From Eledone cirrhosa (taxonomy: Eukaryota), in NCBI GenBank assembly GCA_964016885.1, contig OZ024743.1, forward strand, positions 214,768,001 to 214,832,000: a stretch of 64,000 bases of DNA, given 5' to 3'. Shown in pieces: positions 1 to 10,915 of the stretch (the first letter of the stretch is position 1; each line of letters opens with the position of its first letter). Made by a program: the position numbers and the translations under genes. Under the pieces are notes generated by a model that ran no database searches, was not told the DNA's origin, and saw only the letters and a list, made by a program, of their open reading frames with translations.

Positions 1-341
1 GAAAATATTCTGTATGTTTATAATAAACATTTTGAAGACCTAATCGCTATAGAATAGAATACGTCACGTATTACAATTAGATTCTCGATAAAAGCAAGGG
101 AAGTAACCTACGCGTTTCATTCTCATTAGAAATCTTCAGGATTACATATCCAGTGCTTTTATCGAGAATGACACAGCTAGAGACTTATAGAATACTTAGC
201 TGTGTACAGGAACTGGTTTGAAAGAGCGGTTGCCGGTCCGGCAGAAATTAGAAATTGGATTAAATGCTCTGAAATAGCGATATATATGTGATTAGCGATT
301 AGGTCTTCAAAATGTTTATTATAAACATACAGAATATTTTC
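1..341 (-). mobile_element. Short non-coding HHR-bearing (retrozyme-like / non-autonomous PLE-type) element with terminal inversion; runs off the window start
   Basis: 1-49 is the reverse complement of 293-341. It shares blocks (CATTTTGAAGACC; GAGCGGTTG..GGCAGAAATTA; GCTCTGAAATAGC.ATATATAT) with 17933-18485, contains a hammerhead and is followed by (TA)n. Confidence 0.65.
103..145 (-). ncRNA. Minimal type I hammerhead ribozyme
   Basis: Minus strand reads GTAATC-CTGAAGA-TTTCTAATGAGAAT-GAAAC-GC-GTA-GGTTAC. The core is intact, stem I is GTAATC/GGTTAC, stem III is the palindrome ACGCGT and the triplet is GUA. It is enclosed by a 15-bp stem (82-96/154-168). Confidence 0.75.
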
Positions 342-376
342 GAATATTCTATGTCTATCTTTTATATATATACATT

Positions 377-413
<37 letters not shown>

Positions 414-416
414 TTA

Positions 417-521
<105 letters not shown>

Positions 522-1090
522 GGAGAAGAAGTTTATGAAATGGAAATGCGGGCATACAGAATTTATTAGATAACAATTGTTTCTATAGTGTATGGGTTAC
601 CTATACCTCGCTATTTGAATAATATAACAATATTATCATAAACTGAAGGTACACTGTAAGCAAACACACCATGTCGTCAGACCTTTGTATTGGAATGACA
701 TGAAAATATTTTATACACTAGATAAAAGAGAAAGAAGAAGGTAGGAAGAGAAGGGGAAGAGGGAAGTGAGTAAGGTGGAGGGAGTCCTAGCATTTAAGAC
801 TGTCAGACTAGTAGAGATTGTAAGGAGAGAATGTTTTGGCAGCAGTTAGCTTAATGAGGCGTGTTTGGTTTGGCGGGGGAGGTAAATTCTTCTAGTGGTG
901 TTGTTCGGACAAAATTCAGTGAATGGGGTCAAAGTGGTACAAGTTACAGACAAGTTATTAGGGCTATTATAGTAGGTCATTTCTAAAGGGGTCCAGAAAA
1001 CAGTGTTTAGTACTATTATTATAGAAAGCCATATCTTGTGTATAAACATATAAAACAGAAATTTGCAAACGGTGGTGTAAAATGGTAACA

Positions 1091-3310
1091 TTATATGCAT
1101 TTAAAAAAAGAAAAATTCGTTTTCAAACGATGGTTCCAGTACAGTGAACGTTCAATTTTGCTGTTCAAAAGTTTGTTTACCGACGTTAAAATGCAGTATA
1201 TCTCCAAATTGCATAATTTGCAGAATCGCTGATTCTGCTTATATGCAGGCGCAGCTGCAATAATTTGCCAATGAAGGGAGAATGCTTGATTGTTCCTCTG
1301 GAGCTGCCAGGCTTTATCGGCGAGGGTTGTTACGGAGCGCATTTTCTCGTGCCTGATCGAAGATCGATGTTGGTATAGGCGAGCTTTGAAAGAAGTTGCG
1401 GTACATCCGACGTAATACCATTTGTTGGTTCCGGAATTTATTGTACATCGGTAGACAATATTGCGTGCTAGGCATTGGTTATTCAGTGGGCACGTACCTG
1501 GTTTGGTGCAGTTACAATTATTGTTATGTTTTGCAGTAGAATCCTGGATAGTTTGGTGGGGTTGTAGTTGCGTGTTAGTGCGTTGTATTTTGTTATGCTG
1601 GGGCGCTGAGTCATTAGGGATGTACTTATTTAGTATTGCTGAGTTGAGTTTTTTAATTAGTTGTTCTATGTTAGGTGCAGTGGAGTATGAGAGTCTAATG
1701 GTGCGCGAGTTAAAGTTTTTATAGTATTTATGTGAAGTTGTAAAATGTTTATTGATTAGTGTATAGAATTGTGAGATAATCTTAGTGCTAATAGAAGTAT
1801 TGTACACGGGGTTATACCATATGTACTCTCTACGTCTGACTCTATTTGCTGGTTTGAACCTATTAGTATGCCTATTGATGTGTGTGTGTGGTGCAATACT
1901 AGTTCGACTTAGATGTGTTTTATTCATAGTACTTATGTGGTTATCGTCTAGATATTCTATTTTCTCTCAGTAACCAGCTTTTCTAAGTGCTTCATTATAA
2001 TATTCAGCATGCTCGTTTAAGGTCTGCAAATTAGACGACAGTCGGGAGATCCTTATGGATATATTTTTAGGGATAGATTTAATAATGGAATGGGGATGGT
2101 TCGATTTTACATTAACGTACTTGAGATTTTCATTAAGTTTGTGAAATGGCTCTATATTACCGTTATTAAGGTTGAAGGTGACATCCAAGAAGTTGACCAC
2201 CTTAAGATTGTGTTCGAAGGTAATATTAAGCCCTAGTTCTAAGAGAAGTTTCCTAATATTTTTACGTCGCCATTCTATGTTTTCTTTGTTCATATTCTTG
2301 ACTAATAGAAGTGTATCGTCGCGGTATATTCCACCGTGGAGATCCGTAAATTCGCTCTGGAGTCTGTGGGCTATATAGATCCCAACCAGATCCGTGACCT
2401 CCGCCGAATCATTAGAACCCATCGTAATGTCGAATTCCGAGGGTCTATCTCTGCGGACCCAATAACTATTTTCAAAGTGCACTACTGTGCGTCTAGCTTC
2501 AAGTATAATATTAATTTCCTCGTTTGTGAGATCCGAGTTAGTCTTAGCGAAAGAGAGGGCCTTATGCAGGGTTTCGTGTGAAATAGAGGAATAGTATTCA
2601 TCTATATCGAATTGAATAAAAGAAGATTTGTTTTTGTCCCTAATGTTATTGAACCATCTTATTGCCTGTTGAGTATTACCCCATAATTTAATATCTACCT
2701 TAGCCTTAACTTGGGGGATAATACGATCTAATATGTACTTACTGATTCTACCTATATCGGACTTTGAAGGACATATTATTCTAATTTTAGGGTTAGTATC
2801 GAAGTTATCCTTATGGCCCTTCAGATTAAAAGTCGGTGTAGCTGGAGATAGGGGTACCGTTCTGTCGTAAATTTTCAGTTTCTTAACAATATCACATGCT
2901 GCGTTATTAATGTTGGTTAGTGTAGTTGCGTTTGTTTTTTGTACTTCCTATGTAATTCCTTACGTATAAAATTATTATATGTTTCTACATCCAGGGTGTA
3001 TAGATTCGATGTTTTGTCTGCCTTTATGATAATTCCTTTGGTATTCCTTAGGTTGTCGAGTAGAGTTTTAATATCTCGTTGCAGTTCATTTTTCCTTCCG
3101 TTCGTAAATTTGATTCAGGTTATCATTTTCATTAATTATCATATCCTGTTCGAAATAATCCAAAAGAGGGTTAGAGGGTGGGTTTTTGTAGGATTTGAAA
3201 CCAAACTTATCGTTGTTGGTGTCGGAAGTTTGTGTAATCCTTTTCCTATCGAAGTGGAAGGCCTTCCATCTAATCCGCCGAATAAATTCGTTGGTCCTTT
3301 GTATCATCTG
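1091..3310 (-). pseudogene. PLE reverse transcriptase + GIY-YIG endonuclease (frameshifted, with stops)
   Basis: RT motifs FDITMGSNDSAEVTDLVG, IYRDD and NFLDVTF; linker CNCTKPGTCPLNNQC (CxCx5C); EN motifs IVY..YVG.T..FKAR...H and CKLC..LLN. Split across ORFs 3086-3307, 1967-2482 and 1091-1927. Confidence 0.9.
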
Positions 3311-3598
3311 CTACTATAATAGCCCCAATAACTTGTCTGTAACTTGTACCACTTTGACCCCTTTCACTAAATTTTGTCCGAACAACACCACTAGAAGAAT
3401 TTACCTCCCCCACCAACCCTAACACGCCTCATTAAGCTAACTGCTGCCAAAACATTCTCTCCTTACAATCTCTACTAGTCTGACAGTCTTAAATCCTAGG
3501 ACACCCTCCACCTTACTCACTTCCCTGTTCCCCTTCTCTTCCTACCTTCTTCTTTCTCTTTTATCTAGTGTATAACATATTTTCATATCATTCCAATA

Positions 3599-3723
3599 CG
3601 AAGGTCTGACGACATGGTGTGTTTGCTTACAGTGTACCTTCGGTTTATGATAATATTTTTATATTATTCAAATAGCGAGGTATAGGTAACCCATACACTA
3701 TAGAAACAATTGTTACCTAATAC
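3599..3723 (+). ncRNA. Hammerhead-like motif with ~70-nt insertion in stem II (second copy on the minus strand at ~564-687)
   Basis: AGGT-CTGACGA-CATGGTGTGT...ATACACTATA-GAAAC-AATT-GTT-ACCT, present in both pLTR copies. Confidence 0.55.
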
Positions 3724-3872
3724 ATTCTTTATACCCGCATTTCCATTTCATAAACTTCTTCTCCATATTTTCTCCGGATTTTAAAACACACTTTATTATA
3801 CGTTGAGCAATCTACGACATCGGTTGACTCCATCCAATGCAACTACTTAGTAACATTGGAATACAAATTTAC

Positions 3873-3937
<65 letters not shown>

Positions 3938-3987
3938 ATTTATATTTATATATATATATTTATATTTATATATATATATATATATTT

Positions 3988-4024
<37 letters not shown>

Positions 4025-5639
4025 CATCTAATGCCGTGAGGATGATGAAGTGGAAAAAGTAAAGGAAAGAAGAAAGAGAATAGGAAACACGCAATGGCTA
4101 GGAAAGTAGTGAATATATCAACTGGTTGAAAGAGTGAAGGCTAATAGATTAATAGGCCATGTATTTGTATTGAAAAACAGATACACATACTGATTGATCT
4201 GATAAAACCTACGGGAGAGAACGATTGAAGCATATCTCCAAATGTGATTAAATCTGCTGGCATTAATAATGAATCAATATCCGACCAAAGTAAAAAGGTA
4301 TGTTTTGTTGCTGTCGGCACATTAATATGTTCGTACTACTGCTATACGTTTCTCCATGCTTTTCAGTTTGGATTAACTAAAATCAATGCTTTTGAACATT
4401 TCGATCTCAAATTATTTAGCTTCGTAGATAACGTCTTTTACTTGTTTATCTAATTATGTTTACTTTTTACTTTTTTCACTAGATTTTTTTTTTCGCAAAG
4501 AAAAGAAACATTCTTTTCCTTTATTGATGCTACGAGTTTAAAGTAGGTTCTGAATTCGTTAAATTCACTTTTAAATGTTTTTTTGGTCGAGAGCTGTATG
4601 GCATATAAACATCTTGATTTCGTCTCTAATCATGGCTATTTGATGGTTAACTTGTTATTATTTGATAGTTTGTGACGACAATGTCAATAACTATCAAGAG
4701 GTTATACATAATTTGTTTCAAAATTACGAGAAATCTGACAACATTTAACTCGTGATTGTCTAAATATCGACGTTTTAGAGAGTTTCTGAATGTCAATATT
4801 AATTTAAAAAAAAACGATTATCTTGTGTATGAATCTTTATATTACCTAACCAATGAATTTGAAGTGTATATATCTATAGGGGGTGAGGGATACAATGTTT
4901 AAATAAACCATAACTATTGCCCAGGGTAATATTTTAAAAATAGATTACTATAAGTAAAATAGATTATGCATAATAAAATCATTTAAGTACTGGATTTAAT
5001 GTCATATTTCAGTTAGAGCATCGACACAGTTCTATTTACTGATAATGTTATTAATTTTATATTCTTATTCAATTTATTTCCTTATAGCAATATTCGGAGA
5101 ATACCTTAATATCATAGCATGTTCTTTGGCACAAATCAATGATAATAAATCATACTATCAGTATAGTTTGTTTGGATAGTAGCGATGGTTCAATTAGCTG
5201 TTAGAACAAAAATTAATTACCATATAGGTGAAGAAAGAATCCGGATGCTTTAGGGACCATGTGGATATTAGTTTCTACCCTTGCTAATAGACACTGAGAA
5301 ATATCACATGTCCGAAAAGTAAGTTCATTCAAGTGAGTTTTGAGTAGATCGGAAAACAAATTGAATCACACTTAAAATCTAATTTCAATATTTAATAACA
5401 AATGTGTTTAGATATTTGTTTTCTATTATTTCATAATTTCTGAATATTTGCTGAGAATATTGCCATTTAATAAACATGGATATCTATAACATTCAGACTT
5501 CCCCCTGATACTGCTCTGGTACTTTTAGAACTATTACACAAAGAATAGATTTTGCGACTAGTAATAGATAAAAATATATAACATACAATGTGGTTGTCTT
5601 GAACAATTTCAAAAGCAACTATTGACTCCTTATGAAATC

Positions 5640-6215
5640 TACTCTTACTCTAATTACATTCCACCGCTAAAAGTAAAGGCTTTCCTAGAAAGTTTACCAC
5701 ACGCCTAAAGAAATCCGGTCATCTGCCCAAAGCGCGCCCTGGACGTGCCACTTTCGTTATTGCTCCCATCAAGGACCAGTAACAGAGCGTTCGTGTTGAA
5801 GAAGATCGAGGCGTTTCCTAAACAGCAGGGCACACTAGCTCTCATTCCTGGCCGACTAAGAGATGTCGATAATATGGGCTAGTGCGCGTGTCGGAAACTC
5901 AGGACTCACTGATAGCAGGCAAGCCAATATCTAGTAACCTCAGTTTCGTTTTTGTTGTTTTAGTCGTTGTCTGTGTGGCTACTGTTGCTGTTGCAGTTGC
6001 TACGGCTGGCTTAATTTCCACTATTGTTGTAGGTGTTGGTTCTCTTACTGTCGTTCTTGATGCTGTCGCTATTCCTAATCTTGCTGGTGACGGTGGTGTT
6101 GTTGGCGACGTCTTTAGTGTTGATGACAGAGGTGGCCACATTGTTCTTGATTCTCCCCAGCGCGTCGGCCGAATCAATTTCGTGACGCACGCTTTTTTCG
6201 AGATCTTTCCCGCTT
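5640..6215 (-). mobile_element. Decayed L1/Tx1-type LINE fragment (ORF1 tail / APE endonuclease start)
   Basis: Frameshifted minus-strand translation gives DI..AISES, SRPG..(V)ALLFRKRLD and PDFFRRVVNFLGKPLLLAVECN. The last aligns with PEFFKRSESFLGTSRSLLLMGDWN of the Tx1 element at ~35950-36025. Confidence 0.6.
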
Positions 6216-6887
6216 TGGCAAAATTGGAGGGAGGGGGGGGGGGGGGGGGGGTAATATCCATTTTCTAAAAACGAAAGTTTTACAGCATAATTATGCCCCT
6301 TTTGTAACACACGTTTTAGACAAAAAAAAATATAAATAGATGTACACGAAAACAAGTTACAGAACGTAAACAGGCGTGGCATATCTTTCAGAGACAAAAA
6401 TAATAGTCATACAAATAATAATAATAACGAAGTGCCACCTTCGTTTTAAAATGAACTTTGTTAACTAAGGCGTTCTTTACAACATTGAATTCATAATTCG
6501 ATGTAATTTCATGGGATTAATTTACTATATGCATTAAAATACACTTATATGTTCCATAAATTCGGATTTAATAACGTACAGCTTCATATATATATACATG
6601 GAATATACTATGTTCTCTGATTTTATTAATACAATCAAGTATTCTTCAGAGATTGTGTAATATTGATCTTCATTAATATTTCACAAAAAATAACACAAAG
6701 GTTTTGTTTTTTTAAATATATTCGTTGCTGTATCTGCATATTTATGCATGTTAGTATTTGAACATTCTTTCTGAAAAATTCGCCATTAAGACGAAATGGG
6801 TTTTTCTCGGTGTTCGATACGTATATATTTTCATATATACAGATACCTACCTTCATAGCTACCCCCCCCCCCCACACACACAACCAG

Positions 6888-6933
<46 letters not shown>

Positions 6934-6941
6934 CATGAATT

Positions 6942-6985
<44 letters not shown>

Positions 6986-8059
6986 GGAACATTATGTACG
7001 TATGCATAATGTAAGGAGTCTGCTTCAAGCAAATATACGTTATATAATTAGTTTATTCATTATTTATAATGTATGATATGCTTTTATATTTATTATATCA
7101 AACACGAATCATGAATAATTTATCTAGGAAGGAACCTTTATCAGATTATAATTCATATTATACTTAATTAGGTCTACTGGGTAAAACGTGTTTATTTTAT
7201 CTTCATCTATTTGTAATGAATTATCGTCTTTCATCTTTCTTTTAGTATTGTATGTTGAGAGAATGTGTTTTATGCTGATATATTACGGAATACCTACTTT
7301 CGTACACGATGTCACTTGGATAGCAGCGTTCGATACCACTGGTATATGTACTTAGATGATAATATCTTTCACATATTCACAATGAAATATTAAAAACCTG
7401 ACCTTGTTATGTCGACTAATATATTATTTGCATATAAAATGTTTTGTTGTTGCAGAAAAGAAGACGTAACTGTAATTGCAAGACTTATTTTATATAAACA
7501 CAAGACACCCACGTAAACAAGCTCCCACCCCCCATATACACACAAAAACACACATTCACACATACATGCACACGTAAAATACACACAAACATATACATAT
7601 ATGTGTATGTAATACGTATTTCTGCAATACCAGATTTTTAAATATTTTAATCCCAATAAATACATTCGATTTAACTGGTTACAGTAAAGCAGTGACCTCC
7701 AACAATAGTCATAACTCATGTTGGTTACAACTACACAATGTATCTTAAAGACAATTCATAAAAGATAATCGAATTTATGATGTTAATTGCTAAACTGTAA
7801 TGAAAGGTATCTCGTCTTGTTAAAGCGTTTGTGTCTCATTTATAATTGTTTAATAGTTTAACAAATACATGTACTCACACTTTGATTGGAGAGTGAATAT
7901 ATACAAACATAGCTTATTTTAATATAATCGCAGAATAGAAACTGATAGCGTCTGTATTTATATATTAGTAAATTATTTTTTATAAAACAAAAACAAAAAA
8001 AAACATTTAATTATTTTGACTGAGAATAAAACATTAGTGGAGAGAATACTTTTTGCTCG

Positions 8060-8990
8060 GTTTCTAAACATGACCACAACAGTGTTCTCTGATGTACAAG
8101 AGGTGCATCTTGGGCAGAGTACTAACTCGTCGAAGTCCGACGTCACAAGAGCAATTACAGACTTCAAAAGTAGCAAGGTCATTGTGGAGGATAAAGTTCT
8201 CCATGAGGATGTTAAAAGGCTCAAATAATGAAGGCATACTTTGCTGAATCATGTAGTTCACATTAACCCGATATGCAGTGGCAGGAATAAAACTCTGTTC
8301 TGCGAAGATGGAGACACTCGTAATTGAAAGGAAGAATGTGTAGTGCACTCTATATGTGAATGTCTACTGAATGTGGTGAAGAAGTTCAAATATCTCGGGG
8401 TTGTTTTCCCGAGTGATTGAAGGGTGGGGCTCAACTAATTGGATGAATTCCTGGAGCTTGTACAGTAATGCGGAAGCTTCAGGATTAAATAATTGGAAAA
8501 GTGTAGTAAGCCACACTCGCTATCTTCAATTCGGTATTCGTGTTAAGCCTTGCCTATGCTCATGAATGCCGTGTAATGGCCGAAGGAATTCGATCGCGAA
8601 TACAATCAGCCTAAATAGAGTTTCTTCACAGGGTCTTTGGAGTAACGTTACCCGATAGAGTGCGTAGCTTTGAGATCATGAAATCACTAGAGGTAGATAT
8701 GTCATTTCTTCAAATTAAGAGAGTACAGCTCTCATACTACAGCTATATGGTTATGATGTTTCAGGTATGAATCATTGCAAAGATTTTATAGAATAAACAT
8801 CTGACAGGAGACCCGATGATAGTCCTTGAGCAAGAAAGTTGCATACCATTCATTAACGCAGGTGTTTTCATTTTGGGATCCAGTCGGATCAATTGCCGAC
8901 GGTTGCTTCTGACTGGAAGCGCTGGAAAGCGGGATTTGATACTATGCCTTCATGGCATGCCCAGGTGTAAGTGGGCGAAGAAGAAGGGGA
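8060..8990 (+). mobile_element. Old, internally deleted RTE-clade LINE remnant
   Basis: DVTRAITDFKSSK...EDKV resembles EV..AI..LKSGKA.GED; VVKKFKYLGVVF; 3' end AAGTGGGCGAAGAAGAAG shared with the remnant at 49520-49915. Confidence 0.6.
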
Positions 8991-10194
8991 GAACATATTT
9001 ATTTCTATGATTTTTTGTATTTTCAATGCGAATATTTATTTAAAAAAAATTTAAAATGCAATTTCTAAGAGTTTAATATAATATAACATCTTTGATTAGC
9101 CCAAACGTCTGGTTCATTTATGAACCTAAGCTTCTACTTTCAACACTTTGTTTGGAGCTTTTGTAGAGTCTCTACAATTTCATAGCTTTAGAATATTGTA
9201 CATAAATATAGAACATATCTAAGCATAATTACATTTCACTGTAAATTTGAAGTGTTGAAACGCATGCCAAACATAATATTTCAATTACAAAAAATTATTT
9301 TAAATTATAATGGTATCTGCAATAATGTTACGGAATAATATCTCTTTGCATGACCATGTAGTAATACATCTGTTGGGTATTACAAAGAATTTCCGCTTTC
9401 TGTTAATATGAAGATCAAAGGCAACGCTGTATCCAAATTGTCAGATCACGTAACAAACCTATTGCATATTTTTAATTAGTTCTAAATGAACAGACACTAT
9501 CCTCAGCAGTTTACCAGTAGTGACAAACCGTCGAAGTTTATGACAAACATGTCATTCTCCGGAGAATGTTGTCGGCTATATCCTGCAAGATCCTTGTACA
9601 GAATCCCCAGTCAATATAAGAGCGTTCTGCTGCACGTATATCTAAACAGTTTCCATAATTCGCTTATATTTGAGAGACGAATAGCTTAATTAGTACAAAT
9701 TCGGAGAAGGTATAATATCTCAATTTATCGCTATATTCGTATGTCACTTGCGCTATGTAATTCTCTCAGCTTCCCTATAACTTTCCTTGGTATATTTCTT
9801 ACACTCCCCACAAAAAAAGGTTTATATATGCAATAAGTATTTAGTTTACATTTTTCCGCAGCGTACTAAGCATATATATGTATATATATACATTTAAAAT
9901 GTAGATGATCGCTGGTATTAAGTTCTCCGACATATGATTATATATATATATACAAGTAAAAATTAGCGAGAATCGAATTTCAGCCCATGAATTAACGAGA
10001 AACACTTTTGAGTTGTGAGGCAAGCGCTCTATAATTCAAATGAATTAGAGCTTACAACTTACGTTAAAGGCCAAACACACTGAGTTGGTGGTTAAACTAA
10101 TCATCCACACAGCGAAAATTCGATCTCCTATTTCGGGTCAAACAGATATACAGATATAAAAATATATGAAAATATAAATGTTTGAGGCTTACCC

Positions 10195-10226
<32 letters not shown>

Positions 10227-10324
10227 CTGTTTGAGGCTTACCCATATATATATATATGCTTAGTGCTGTATGCAGCGAGAAAATTAAAACTAATTTCAAT
10301 TTACAGAAAACTTTTTTATGGGGA

Positions 10325-10392
<68 letters not shown>

Positions 10393-10634
10393 TTGCGAGG
10401 TTTTTTTATATGAAATCGTGTGTTGAAACAAATATTGTTATACTTGGGGAGAGTCATATTTGTGTAATATTGCCAGAATTAATAACAGAACACACTCACT
10501 GTTTGGTTGGTTTTCGCTTCTCGCTGTCTTTTATATCGGTAATCTAACTTACTCGGTCCTCAATGTTGCCATTGACTGACCGACGGTCAAAAATAATACA
10601 CATACAATATAGACACAAACACATATATATAGTT

Positions 10635-10678
10635 TATCATAAATCTTTCGTTGCACATCTGCAACATCGTCAGTGGTG
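10635..10678 (-). ncRNA. Minimal type I hammerhead in PLE 3' pLTR (slightly mutated)
   Basis: CTGACGA-T-GTTGCA-gatg-TGCAAC-GAAAGATTTA. Stem II is a perfect 6 bp; stems I and III are imperfect. Confidence 0.65.
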
Positions 10679-10915
10679 TTATATTTTCCTCCTGTTGTGT
10701 TGTATGTCTACGCCATTTTTATTCAGTCAGTCTATATATTTATTTATTTATTTGCTTGTTTGTTTATTTTATTTCGTCTTCTTTGCGCATGCGTTTGCGT
10801 GTGTGTATAGTTTATGTTTGCTGTGTGATGGGTGACTATTGTGTGTTTATGTGCTTGTTGTTATTGTGCTTGTGTATGTATTTATTTATTTATTTATCTT
10901 ATTTTATTTACTTAT

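Noticed and set aside
5882-6397. Thr/Val-rich ORFs as a host mucin-like or membrane protein exon
   Set aside because: They run directly into decayed APE endonuclease motifs and are better explained as an L1/Tx1 remnant.
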